Shown: positions 29,998 through 39,119 of the stretch, one piece after another
How the letters are laid out: every line of letters starts with the position of its first letter
Position numbering within the stretch: the stretch's first letter is position 1
Assembly (NCBI GenBank): GCA_047150005.1
Contig: AP038806.1
Location: 1,824,001 to 1,888,000 of the forward strand
DNA from: Nitrospira sp.
GTDB lineage: Bacteria; Nitrospirota; Nitrospiria; Nitrospirales; Nitrospiraceae
Length of the DNA stretch: 64,000 bases
Reading direction: 5' to 3'
Made by a program: the position numbers and the translations under genes
The notes under the pieces: model-generated
What the model was told of the DNA's origin: nothing
What the model saw: only the letters and a program-made list of their open reading frames with translations
Databases searched by the model: none

Positions 29998-30066
29998 GTG
30001 AAGCGGATCGCGTGAAGCGGGAGCAACGAGCGGGATACGAACGACGCTTCACGAGCGACGAGATAC
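29998..30066. repeat. REP-like short palindromic repeat cluster
   Basis: GTGAAGCG twice (29998, 30012) and inverted CGCTTCACG (30045-53); GATAC and ACGA motifs repeated. Confidence 0.5.
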
Positions 30067-30131
30067 TGAATCTGCTGGGCCGGAACATAGCATGATGAGA
30101 CGAGATCTTCCAGGCTGGGGCGGGGTCGAGA

Positions 30132-30773
30132 CTAGTTGCTCTTATTGGCGACGGCGTGGAGTTGGGCGACGACTCGTTTCGCTTCCGGGATAAAATCGTC
30201 GCGATGCTGCGCTTCGGCAAGCACGAGGGCTTCCGCAGCAAGGACAACGGCTTCGTTGTGGCGGCCTCGGGCACAGTAGCTTTTCGCAAGGCTCAAACGG
30301 GCATTGACCGCCTGAGGTTCACTCGCGATTACTCGGCGAAGCAACTGCTCCCCCGTATCAGGATTGCCGCCCAGCATGACGGGGAGTCTCACGAGAAAGG
30401 TGCCTCTCGCGGAGAGGGCGTCCAGATGATCGGGCTCGAGTTCGAGAGTGCGGTCCAATTCTTTCATCATGCGGCGAAAACCCATCACGGAGCCAAGGCT
30501 CATTTCCCCGTCCAGACGCATCAACTCCCCGAGGTTGCAAAAGAGAGCAAAATGGGCGTCAGGGGATCTGTCGTCGAGGGAAATGGCCTGCTCTCCCAAG
30601 CGCTGGCCCCTTTCGAAATGAGCCAGGCGTGATCCCCGCTCCTGCGCCAGTCGGCCCAGTTGGCATTCGTCCATCGATTCATTGATGAGCGTACGCAATG
30701 TCGGCTGGGCCTGCGCGGGCTCAACCGACCATGGACTGAGGGCAAGAAGAATCAGCAGGTAGGGAACGATCAT
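30132..30773 (-). CDS. Exported TPR-like helical protein
   Basis: Signal peptide (AQA); TPR-like 'LDRTLELEPDHLDALSARG', 'ARLSLAKSY'. Confidence 0.65.
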   Translation of the reverse strand: MIVPYLLILLALSPWSVEPAQAQPTLRTLINESMDECQLGRLAQERGSRLAHFERGQRLGEQAISLDDRSPDAHFALFCNLGELMRLDGEMSLGSVMGFRRMMKELDRTLELEPDHLDALSARGTFLVRLPVMLGGNPDTGEQLLRRVIASEPQAVNARLSLAKSYCARGRHNEAVVLAAEALVLAEAQHRDDFIPEAKRVVAQLHAVANKSN

Positions 30774-30897
30774 GAGCCGCTCACTGGAAGGAGCGAACGT
30801 GAACTATACACGAAAGCAGCAGCGGTGCCAAGGGAAATTGACCAGCCAAGATGAGGGACAGAGGAAAGTCGGCCGAGGTCTTCCCACAAGCGACCGA

Positions 30898-31443
30898 TTA
30901 CGAGCCCGCCGCCCGATGTAGTGCGCGGAATGTCTTGAGCATGGTCCGATAGGGGTAGTGCGCGTTTCTGCCGCTGGGATTCGGCAAGACAAAGACGGAG
31001 GCATCGGCCAGCGTTGTTGTCTGTTTCCCCAGATCGACCGGCTGCCCGGAGGGAAGGAGAAAGATATGCCGGTAGGGAGTGATGCCGAGGATCGCGACGA
31101 CACTGGGCCGATTCCGGCTGATCAGCCGGAGCAGGCGTGCAGTGCCGCGCTCGTAGTCCCGGGTGGTCAACGAGTCGATGCCGGCGGTCGCGCGCGCCAC
31201 GATGTTGGTCAAGCCAAGGCCCCATTCAAGCAAGCGAAAATCCTGAGCTGGCCCCAGCGGCTCTCCGACCAGTCGCGAGTCGAAGAGGAGTTTCCAGAAC
31301 CTGTTCGAATAGCCTGCGAAGTGGTGGCCGGTGGCGGCGGACCTGAGGCCGGGGTTAATCCCCACAAACAAAATCCGCAGCCCCGGTCGAATATAATCCG
31401 GCAGGATGAGCCTGGTTCGAGGCAAGGGAACTCCCCTGTCCAT
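30898..31443 (-). CDS. mug: G:T/U mismatch-specific DNA glycosylase (UDG family 2)
   Basis: LFVGINPG, GHHFAGYSNRFWKLL, LPNPSGRN. Confidence 0.9.
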   Translation of the reverse strand: MDRGVPLPRTRLILPDYIRPGLRILFVGINPGLRSAATGHHFAGYSNRFWKLLFDSRLVGEPLGPAQDFRLLEWGLGLTNIVARATAGIDSLTTRDYERGTARLLRLISRNRPSVVAILGITPYRHIFLLPSGQPVDLGKQTTTLADASVFVLPNPSGRNAHYPYRTMLKTFRALHRAAGS

Positions 31444-31575
31444 GAGGGTTGCTGAGGCGGTTTAGCAGGACTCCGCTATTCTGCCACAGGGTGACGAGGG
31501 AAATGGCCTTAAAAGCGAGGGGGGAGCGGTCATCTAACCGAAGGAAATCTCAGCGTTATGGTATCAAGCCCTACC

Positions 31576-31591
31576 CGGCACCAAGCTTGCT
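31576..31591 (+). promoter_or_regulatory. sigma54 (-24/-12) promoter of the small repeat peptide
   Basis: CGGCACCAAGCTTGCT = GG-N10-GC. Confidence 0.65.
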
Positions 31592-31656
31592 GATCTCCTA
31601 AAGCGTGCCGATTGTGCGGCACATCATTCAACCAACCTTAGCGGAGGTGAGTACCT

Positions 31657-31884
31657 ATGAAGCGCATGTTGATGGCAGTCATGGCGGTGGCGGTGGCGAT
31701 CTCCTTCAGCGCACCGTCTTTCGCGGGCGACGAGAAGAAGGACAAGAAGGACGAGAAGAAGGGCGGCCACGTCCTCGTGTACGGTGATGAGAAGAAGGAT
31801 AAGAAGGACGAGAAGAAGGGTGGCCACATGGACACCTTCGGTGACAAGAAGGAAGAGAAGAAGGAAGACAAGAAGGGTCACTAA
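31657..31884 (+). CDS. Small secreted Lys/Asp/Glu-rich protein with three 19-aa repeats
   Basis: GGAGGT RBS, 23-aa signal (..PSFA|G), repeats GDEKKDKKDEKKGGH with synonymous codon variation, downstream hairpin. Confidence 0.85.
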   Translation: MKRMLMAVMAVAVAISFSAPSFAGDEKKDKKDEKKGGHVLVYGDEKKDKKDEKKGGHMDTFGDKKEEKKEDKKGH

Positions 31885-31912
31885 TCGGTTTGTGGCGAGG
31901 CTCGCTGGCTTG

Positions 31913-31942
31913 AGGAGCCTTCCGTATGTGCGGGAGGCTCCT
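31913..31942. terminator. Hairpin between convergent genes
   Basis: AGGAGCCTTCCG-6nt-CGGGAGGCTCCT. Confidence 0.6.
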
Positions 31943-31950
31943 TGGCATTT

Positions 31951-32466
31951 CTAGCGGGAGCCGCTTAAGAACACGAGCTGACAGCCGACCATCGTTTTGG
32001 CATCTCGAATCCTGCCGTCCTGAATCATCGTCATGACCTCCGGTAGAGGCAGCTCCACCACTTCCAACACCTCGTCTTTGTCCAACTGCTGCTGGGTCTT
32101 GATCAAACCGGTGGCTTTGTAGATGTGGATGACTTCGTCCGTGAAGCCTGGCGCGGTGAGGATGCTTGAAAGCAAAGTCAAGTGCTCCGCGCGGTACCCT
32201 ATTTCTTCCTCCAGCTCACGTGCCGCACAGAGTTTTGGATCTTCACCCGGATAGAGCTTGCCGGCGGGAATCTCGTAAATGAACCCGCCCGCCGCATGGC
32301 GAAATTGGCGGACAAGAATGATCGTGCCGTCCTCTTTGATCGGCACCATGGCGGACGCGCCGGGATGTCGAACGATCTCCAAGTCCACGGTGGTATCGTT
32401 CGGCAGGCGCACCGTGTCGATGTTCACCGTGATGACCCGCCCTTTATAGATGGACTTGATCATCAA
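31951..32466 (-). CDS. NUDIX hydrolase (ADP-ribose pyrophosphatase-like)
   Basis: EIPAGK...AARELEEEIG Nudix box, PGFTDE, DAKT. Confidence 0.92.
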   Translation of the reverse strand: MMIKSIYKGRVITVNIDTVRLPNDTTVDLEIVRHPGASAMVPIKEDGTIILVRQFRHAAGGFIYEIPAGKLYPGEDPKLCAARELEEEIGYRAEHLTLLSSILTAPGFTDEVIHIYKATGLIKTQQQLDKDEVLEVVELPLPEVMTMIQDGRIRDAKTMVGCQLVFLSGSR

Positions 32467-33576
32467 TCATCCCTGCGAGGTGGCTCGTTTGTAGAACGGC
32501 GCTTTCACGATGGTAGCCGGCAACACCTTGCCGCGAATGTCGATGGCGATGCCGGTACCGAGAGTCGAATGGGAAACAGGTACATAGCCGAGCCCGATCC
32601 CCTTCTGCAGGAGAGGTGACAGGTTGCCGCTGGTGACCTCCCCGATGGTTCGCGACGAAGCCGGGTCGAGGATGGGAAATCCGTGCCTGGGCACCCCCTT
32701 TTCGCTGAGCTCGAACGCGACGAACTGCCGTCGCACTCCGGAATGCTTTTGGGCGAGCAGTGCGTCCCGTCCGACGAACGCGCCTTTCTGAAAACTGACG
32801 GTCCATTCGGCGCCGGCTTCGAGCGGAGATGTCTGTTCATTGATGTCGTTGCCGTAGAGGAGATAGCCCATCTCCAGCCGCAGCAAGTCTCTGGCTCCAA
32901 GACCCGCCGGTTTGATTCCCTGATCCTTGCCCGCCTCCAACAGGCTGTGCCAGAGCTCCGTCGCTCGCTCTGACGGCATATTCAGCTCGAATCCCAATTC
33001 TCCGGTATACCCGGTTCTTGCGACGAAACAGGGGACCCCTGCAATCCGGTCTTCATAGGAGCGATGGAGCTTGAGAGAGCCGATGTCTTTTGTGCACAGA
33101 CGAGCGAGCACCGTGCGTGACAAGGGCCCTTGGACGGCGATCTGCGCGACGGTGGACGAACGGTCTTCGATGGCGCACTGATCCGTGGCGCGATGTTGCT
33201 GCTTGGTCCACTCGACAATCTTCTCCCGATTCGAGGCGTTGACGCAGAGCAGGAAATCGGTCTCACCGGTCCGATACACAAAGACGTCGTCGAGGATGCC
33301 ACCGTCCTCACGGCACATCATCGAGTAGTGAGCCTGCCCCACCGCGAGTCTTGTCACATCGTTGGTGGTCAAGCGTTGCAAGAACGGGCCGCTGCCGCTT
33401 CCGGAGAGATGCAGGCGTCCCATATGGCTGACGTCGAAGAGCCCGGCTTTGGCCCGTACGGTCTGATACTCCTCGACGACGCTGCCGTACTGGATCGGCA
33501 TGTCCCACCCGGCGAAATCGACGAGCTTGGCGCCGGCTGCGCGATGCGTCTCGTATAGAGGGGTACGGTTCATCAT
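32467..33576 (-). CDS. gcvT: Glycine cleavage aminomethyltransferase T
   Basis: RTPLY, GLFDVSHMG, ARTGYTGE, GLGARDLLRLEMG. Confidence 0.97.
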   Translation of the reverse strand: MMNRTPLYETHRAAGAKLVDFAGWDMPIQYGSVVEEYQTVRAKAGLFDVSHMGRLHLSGSGSGPFLQRLTTNDVTRLAVGQAHYSMMCREDGGILDDVFVYRTGETDFLLCVNASNREKIVEWTKQQHRATDQCAIEDRSSTVAQIAVQGPLSRTVLARLCTKDIGSLKLHRSYEDRIAGVPCFVARTGYTGELGFELNMPSERATELWHSLLEAGKDQGIKPAGLGARDLLRLEMGYLLYGNDINEQTSPLEAGAEWTVSFQKGAFVGRDALLAQKHSGVRRQFVAFELSEKGVPRHGFPILDPASSRTIGEVTSGNLSPLLQKGIGLGYVPVSHSTLGTGIAIDIRGKVLPATIVKAPFYKRATSQG

Positions 33577-33624
33577 GGTGAAACGGGGGATCAGCGCCCG
33601 CGCGTGAGATCGTCCCGGGTATGG

Positions 33625-33990
33625 TCAGTTCAATCCCAGCAATTCGACCTCGAATATCAGCGTCGCGTGCGGCGGGATGACGCCGCCTGCACCTCTGGCG
33701 CCGTAGCCAAGGTTGGACGGGATCGTCAACCGACGCTTGCCGCCGATTTTCATTCCCTGCACCCCTTCGTCCCATCCCTTGATGACACGCCCGGCTCCGA
33801 GGGGAAAGGAAAACGGCTGCCCTCTGTCGACGGAACTGTCGAACTTGGTTCCGTTCTGCAACCAGCCGGTGTAATGGACGGTGGCGGTTTGCCCCGCCTT
33901 CGCGGAGGCCCCAGTCCCCGTTACGACATCGACATATTGCAGACCTGAAGAGGTGGTCACTTCGTTGCCGTCGGGGGTCGCATGCTCCAT
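33625..33990 (-). CDS. FKBP-type peptidyl-prolyl isomerase
   Basis: VHYTGWL, FDSSVDRGQPF, VIKGWDEG, IPPHATLIFEVEL; AAGGAG RBS. Confidence 0.95.
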   Translation of the reverse strand: MEHATPDGNEVTTSSGLQYVDVVTGTGASAKAGQTATVHYTGWLQNGTKFDSSVDRGQPFSFPLGAGRVIKGWDEGVQGMKIGGKRRLTIPSNLGYGARGAGGVIPPHATLIFEVELLGLN

Positions 33991-34042
33991 GGTCGGCTCC
34001 TTTGTGTCGTGAAATGAATGGTGTGGTGGCTCCGGTCGGACG

Positions 34043-35260
34043 TCACGCCCGTTCGGATGACTCTGGCTCCGCGAAGAGGGCCAGACTGGCCGTATAGCCG
34101 TGCAGAAAATTTCGCCCCCCCACTGGGCCGATCTCGCCCTGGGCGAAAAATCCCGCCAAAGGAATTTGGCCCAGGCGTTCCTGCACCACGGTGCTGTCAT
34201 GATTCGGCCGTCCGAAGAGGCCTTCCCCGCGCCCGCAACAGCTGAATAAGAGGCTGCCGAGCGGAGGACGCTGGTGTTTGCGTCGGTCGGCAGCCAGCAG
34301 GAAATGAAGATCGTCGCTTGCGGACTTCCCGTCTCGTATGTGGAACTGCACCGTCTGCCCTTCTTGAACGGTGTCCCCGATGGCGATCGCCCCCGACCGT
34401 TGGTCGGCCCCGACCAGATTACGGACGAGGAAATCGCCCTGTTCGAATCGATCGCGATGTTCGTCGATGACGATGCCGACGTGAAGCGCCTGATGCGCCT
34501 CCCGGCGCTGGGAACCCTCCAACGATTCGAACACGTCTTGAAGGCGTGTGAGGGCGGGCCGGCCGCCGAGTTCATACACCAGATTCTGCTCGGACTTGGT
34601 CACGACGAACCGATCGCCGATCGGTCGGCATCCTTGGGAGATGACCGTTCGGACCGACAGGGGACCGGACAGCTGGACTCCCACGAGCCCGCCGTCGAAC
34701 AGCTCGTCGTTTCTGATCAGGCGGTTCTCGCCCCGTCCATGGCCGCCTCCGACGAGGCCTCCGACCGCCTTACCTCTCGGATACCGGTCGTTCAGCAGGG
34801 CGAGCACGTCATGCAGCGGTGTGGTGAAGGGATCGGCCAACAGAATGAAGGTGGATTCGCCGGCAGTCGGCTCCGGCCATCCCGGCATCTGAATCTGATC
34901 CTGCGCCTGTGAAAACGACAGACGCAACGGTTTGACCGAGACATGGGGCAAGCGCGCGACCCACAGAGTCAACGCCGCCGCCGTCTCCAGTTCTTCCGCG
35001 CCTGCGATGACGCCCTCACCGGAACAGCCGAGACAGGTGTGGACCTGCAATTTCTCGCGAATCATGGAAGCGATCAACTCGGCGTTGGCTGCATGGTGCG
35101 CCGAGAAAAAGACGAACGCCAGATCGACCGGAGCCCGTCCGATTTGGTCCCGGACCGCATCCGCCAGGTCCCGTAACGCCGCTTCGGTATCCGTTTTCCT
35201 GGAGAGGGCGACGGCGAAGCGAAGGGCGGTGGAAGTTCCGGTCTGTGTTGTGTAGCTCAT
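34043..35260 (-). CDS. FIST (FIST_N + FIST_C) sensory domain protein
   Basis: GCSGEGVI, SQGCRPIG, LFSCCGRG, GFFAQGEIGP, HGYT. Confidence 0.88.
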   Translation of the reverse strand: MSYTTQTGTSTALRFAVALSRKTDTEAALRDLADAVRDQIGRAPVDLAFVFFSAHHAANAELIASMIREKLQVHTCLGCSGEGVIAGAEELETAAALTLWVARLPHVSVKPLRLSFSQAQDQIQMPGWPEPTAGESTFILLADPFTTPLHDVLALLNDRYPRGKAVGGLVGGGHGRGENRLIRNDELFDGGLVGVQLSGPLSVRTVISQGCRPIGDRFVVTKSEQNLVYELGGRPALTRLQDVFESLEGSQRREAHQALHVGIVIDEHRDRFEQGDFLVRNLVGADQRSGAIAIGDTVQEGQTVQFHIRDGKSASDDLHFLLAADRRKHQRPPLGSLLFSCCGRGEGLFGRPNHDSTVVQERLGQIPLAGFFAQGEIGPVGGRNFLHGYTASLALFAEPESSERA

Positions 35261-35289
35261 GATCGTGCGCGATCCTCGCGGCTGTGAGG

Positions 35290-35517
35290 CTATACGCCGG
35301 GATTCATGCGCTCGGCGCGGTCCTTGGCCAATTTCTTATAGTACCGCCACATGTAGTGATAGTAATCGTCGAGTTGGGCGAGAAGATAATGCAGTTCAGT
35401 CGGGTCTTCGGTTTCCAGTGCCCGCACCATGCGGGTCTTGAGGAATTCACCAAATGCGCCGGTTTTCTCCACAGCAGTCAGCAAGCGCAACCCGCCGCCG
35501 ATCTGGTAGTCGTTCAT
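35290..35517 (-). CDS. Hypothetical small protein (75 aa)
   Basis: GGGAGG RBS; promoter TTGCAA-18-TATTCT upstream. Confidence 0.7.
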   Translation of the reverse strand: MNDYQIGGGLRLLTAVEKTGAFGEFLKTRMVRALETEDPTELHYLLAQLDDYYHYMWRYYKKLAKDRAERMNPGV

Positions 35518-35598
35518 CCGAACCTCCCAACGTAAGGCGCGGCGTGAGAATAGCGAGGCCGACGAGTAAATTGCAAGTCAGAGCGACCGGTCACGACG

Positions 35599-36822
35599 CT
35601 ACGGCGCGCGTCCTTGCAGCAGCCCGCGCAGCCGGGAGAGCGAAATCGCTTCGATTCGGTGATCGTCACGGCCGACGACCGTGGTCGCGGTCGTCAGCGC
35701 ATTGAGAACCGCTTCTTCCGTGGCCTCAATCGTTGCCGTAATCAGCGGGTTGAGATGCGTATCCGCCAGGTGCGTCAGCTGGTAGGTGCGCTCCTTCGGG
35801 TAATGGGGAATGACGCCGGCGGAGGAGAAGGCCAGCATGAAATCTCCACTGCCGTGCCGGGCCGTCGCCCCGGTACGGGCGAGCCCGAGCGCGGCCCGCT
35901 TGGCCAGACGCGTCAACTGGCGGCTGTCGAGTGGTGCATCGGTCGCGATGACGATGATGATCGAGCCTTCTCCGGCTCCCGCTGTCGCGGCCTCCGCGAG
36001 CGGCATGTGCGGGGCCTCGGACGTCAGTTGGGCGACGTCATAGGATCGACCGACCGGAACTCCGTCGATGATCAGCTCATGCCGCCGCCCGTGGTTGGCA
36101 TTGACCAAGACCCCGACGGTGTAACCGCCCTCTTCCGCCGTCAGCCGGCGTGAAGACGTTCCGATCCCCCCTTTGAATCCATAGGAAATCATGCCGGTTC
36201 CCGCTCCGACGGTTCCTTCCACCACCGAACCGGTCGAGGCGCCGTCCAGCGCCAGGGCCACATCCGCTTCCGAGACATGACGGCCCTGGATGTCGTTCAG
36301 GCGGCCGTCGTCGCATTCCGCCACGACGGGGGTGAGCGTATCGTCCGTAATGCCGATTTCAGGATATTGCCGGATCATCCAACTCATGACGCCGTCGGCG
36401 ACCCTTGGCACGTTCAGCGTATTGGTGAGGGCAATCGGGTATTCCAGAAACCCCGATTCGGCGATCCAGGCCAAGCCGGTCGTCTCCCCGGTGCCGTTCA
36501 GAACGAAGAAGCCCGCCGGTACTTTCCGATGCCAGATGTCTTCACGCGGAACTATGACGGTGACACCGGTGCGCACCGGGCCGACACCCGGCTTCAAAGG
36601 GCCGCTGCCCGTGATCACGGTTCGGTGTCCAACTTTGACGCCGCTCACGTCCGTGATGGCGTTGAACGGACCCGGCTCATAAGAGCCGATCACGATGCCG
36701 ATTTCTCTGGCACGGTGCCGTGGTTCCTGAGATTCCGCCGCAAGGACGGAGCCGCAACCCGCGGCGGCAACAGATAGGGTCAGGCAGACAAGCGCTACGG
36801 TGACGCGAAGTTCTTGGATCAT
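35599..36822 (-). CDS. P1/DmpA family (S58) aminopeptidase with signal peptide
   Basis: NAITDVSGVKVGH, VRTGVT, GAGTGM, GSIIIVIATDAPL autocleavage site, HGSGD. Confidence 0.9.
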   Translation of the reverse strand: MIQELRVTVALVCLTLSVAAAGCGSVLAAESQEPRHRAREIGIVIGSYEPGPFNAITDVSGVKVGHRTVITGSGPLKPGVGPVRTGVTVIVPREDIWHRKVPAGFFVLNGTGETTGLAWIAESGFLEYPIALTNTLNVPRVADGVMSWMIRQYPEIGITDDTLTPVVAECDDGRLNDIQGRHVSEADVALALDGASTGSVVEGTVGAGTGMISYGFKGGIGTSSRRLTAEEGGYTVGVLVNANHGRRHELIIDGVPVGRSYDVAQLTSEAPHMPLAEAATAGAGEGSIIIVIATDAPLDSRQLTRLAKRAALGLARTGATARHGSGDFMLAFSSAGVIPHYPKERTYQLTHLADTHLNPLITATIEATEEAVLNALTTATTVVGRDDHRIEAISLSRLRGLLQGRAP

Positions 36823-36878
36823 CGATGGATTCCGTCCGCCGGTTCGCTCGTGCCACGCGATGACGGAAAATGGACGTG

Positions 36879-37700
36879 TCACGAGCCCGTCACTCCGTTG
36901 TGGCGCACAATGAGATCCCAGGCCTCCTGTGCCGTTTCGGCATAATGGAAGAGGTGAAGATCCTCTGGGGCGATCAAGCCGTTATCGACAAGCCATGACC
37001 AGTCGATCAGTCGATCCCAGAAGTTGCGTCCGATGAGAACGATGACCAGGTGCCGGGTCTTCCCGGTTTGGAGCAACGTCAGGGCTTCAAAGAGTTCGTC
37101 GAGCGTGCCGAATCCTCCCGGCAAGGCGACGAGCGCCCTGGCTCGGATGAGGAAATGCATCTTTCGCATCGCAAAGTAGCGAAACTGAAAACTGAGCTCC
37201 GGCGTAATATACGCATTCGGATATTGTTCATGCGGCAGGGTGATGTTCAACCCGATCGATTTGGCCCCGACGTCCGAGGCTCCGCGATTGGCCGCTTCCA
37301 TGATGCCCGGCCCGCCCCCGGTCATGATCACATAGTCACAGCGGCCGTCGACCTGACAAGTCGAAGAGACGAGACGGCCGAATTCGCGCGCGACATCGTA
37401 GTACTTGGAGAGGGCCAACTGCCGCCGCGCGATCTCCAGCCGTCGCTGCCTGGTCCGATCATCCGGAAACCGCGCGGAGTCGTCCTCCGCCGTCCGAAGC
37501 GCGTGGCCGGCGGTGACCGGATCCGACACCCTGGCGCTGCCGAAGACGACGATGGTCGACTGAATGCCCTGCTCACGCTGGATCAATTCGGGTTTCAGCA
37601 ACTCCAGGCCCACGCGCACGGAGCGCAGGTCGTCCCGCTGGAGAAATTCAAGATCGTGATCGGCGGGAATGTAGGAGGAACTCGTCGGAAGGCGGTCCAT
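36879..37700 (-). CDS. LOG family nucleotide phosphoribohydrolase (TIGR00730)
   Basis: VFGSAR, TGGGPGIMEAANRGA, PGGFGTLDELFE. Confidence 0.92.
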   Translation of the reverse strand: MDRLPTSSSYIPADHDLEFLQRDDLRSVRVGLELLKPELIQREQGIQSTIVVFGSARVSDPVTAGHALRTAEDDSARFPDDRTRQRRLEIARRQLALSKYYDVAREFGRLVSSTCQVDGRCDYVIMTGGGPGIMEAANRGASDVGAKSIGLNITLPHEQYPNAYITPELSFQFRYFAMRKMHFLIRARALVALPGGFGTLDELFEALTLLQTGKTRHLVIVLIGRNFWDRLIDWSWLVDNGLIAPEDLHLFHYAETAQEAWDLIVRHNGVTGS

Positions 37701-37760
37701 ACGCGGGGGATTATAGCCGGACCTGCATGGAGCGGCAATGAGAAGGGTGTGAAGGATGCG

Positions 37761-38183
37761 TTAGAAAGGGTACGGCGTAAATTGGGGGCCGGCAAGGTGT
37801 CGCAGGAAACTTTGGTGTTGGACGACGAGGTTGGAGTCGCAGAGGACCTGGAAGGCATCCACTCCCAGCCCGAGGCGGGAAAAAATCAGGTCCGGATCGA
37901 CCGGTGACCAGAGCTTGGCCAACCACCCGAAATTGACCCGTGAGTATCGCACGTCCAGAAAACGATAGGTCACGACGATGCCGTTGTCGGAGTCCGTCAT
38001 GGAATCCGGGGCCCCGAGTTTGGCGATCACATCGGATAGGCTGGTGCGACCCGGCTCGATGAACGTCACGTCGTTCAGCGTGATCGGTGTATTCAACGTG
38101 ACGCGGACCACGTTGCAGGCTGTCATGGCGAGCGCCAGCGCAATGATCGGCAGCACGAGGAGTTGACTCGGACGTCGCGGCAT
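37761..38183 (-). CDS. Lipoprotein, SmpA/BamE-like
   Basis: MTAC lipobox; 'IEPGRTSLSDVIAKLGAPD'. Confidence 0.65.
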   Translation of the reverse strand: MPRRPSQLLVLPIIALALAMTACNVVRVTLNTPITLNDVTFIEPGRTSLSDVIAKLGAPDSMTDSDNGIVVTYRFLDVRYSRVNFGWLAKLWSPVDPDLIFSRLGLGVDAFQVLCDSNLVVQHQSFLRHLAGPQFTPYPF

Positions 38184-38190
38184 CGTTCGC

Positions 38191-38571
38191 CTAGTCGCCG
38201 AAGGGCCAGAAACGGAATTCCAACGCTTCCGTTCGTCGGGACGAGATCACGTCCTCGACGAGACCCTCGCGGTTGAGCAGGATGAACAAATCGTCGCTTT
38301 TGACGGAGAGGCGGGAAAAATTCAGGATGATGAGGAGCAAGCTGCCGGCTTTCGCATCATAGCGGTAGTACTGGAACACGTCGCGGCCGTTGACCTGGAG
38401 AATGCGATCCGGTGCGCCCAGCAGAGCGACGACTTCCGTTTTTGTGGTGGTGGATTTTTTGATGCTGTTGACGACATCGGGTTTGATGTCATCGCCCAAC
38501 GTCCCGCGGTTGAAGGCGCAGGCGCTCGCGACGAGGAGCAGGAGCACACCGAGGTTCCGCAACACGTTCAT
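38191..38571 (-). CDS. Lipoprotein, SmpA/BamE-like
   Basis: ASAC lipobox; 'TTTKTEVVALLGAPD...FQYYRY'; GGAGG RBS. Confidence 0.7.
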   Translation of the reverse strand: MNVLRNLGVLLLLVASACAFNRGTLGDDIKPDVVNSIKKSTTTKTEVVALLGAPDRILQVNGRDVFQYYRYDAKAGSLLLIILNFSRLSVKSDDLFILLNREGLVEDVISSRRTEALEFRFWPFGD

Positions 38572-38603
38572 ACCACCTCCTTCTGAACGGGCCGTCTCCA
38601 TCC

Positions 38604-39119
38604 TTACCGGGGATGGAGATCCCTGTGCTTCGGCAATGTAAAGTCCGTTTCGTAGACCTCGTACCCGGACGAGGCCAAACCCACGCGGTCATACACGTGC
38701 TTGGCGACGTGATTGGCCTTTTCGACGTACAGGCGAATGCCGCACACGGCGGGATCAGACGCGGCTTCCTGCACGACGGTGTCGTGCAGCTGCCTGAAGA
38801 CGCCTTGACGTCTCCAGGCTGGATCCACATAGACACTCTGAATCCACCAGAACACTCCGTTGCGCCAGTCGCTCCATTCGAAGGTGATCATCAATTGACC
38901 GACTAAGCGTCGGTCGGGATGGGAGATTTCGGCGACCATGAAGAATCCGTGGGTCGGTGAGTCAAGCAACGCCAGCGTGCCGTGACGGAGACGGGCCGGA
39001 TCCAGCTCGCGACCCTCGGTTTCGAGCGCCAGGGCGGCGCTGAATCCGATGATGGACGGGACATCGGATTCACGCGCTCGCCTGATGATCAATCGGTCCG
39101 ATGCGTGGCTGGACGTCAT
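38604..39119 (-). CDS. GNAT family N-acetyltransferase
   Basis: EWSDWRNG, IQSVYVDPAWRRQGVF, RLYVEKAN. Confidence 0.9.
   Translation of the reverse strand: MTSSHASDRLIIRRARESDVPSIIGFSAALALETEGRELDPARLRHGTLALLDSPTHGFFMVAEISHPDRRLVGQLMITFEWSDWRNGVFWWIQSVYVDPAWRRQGVFRQLHDTVVQEAASDPAVCGIRLYVEKANHVAKHVYDRVGLASSGYEVYETDFTLPKHRDLHPR

Noticed and set aside
31726..31881. CRISPR-like repeat array
   Set aside because: Repeats are in-frame coding units with synonymous variation and only 12-nt spacers; no cas genes
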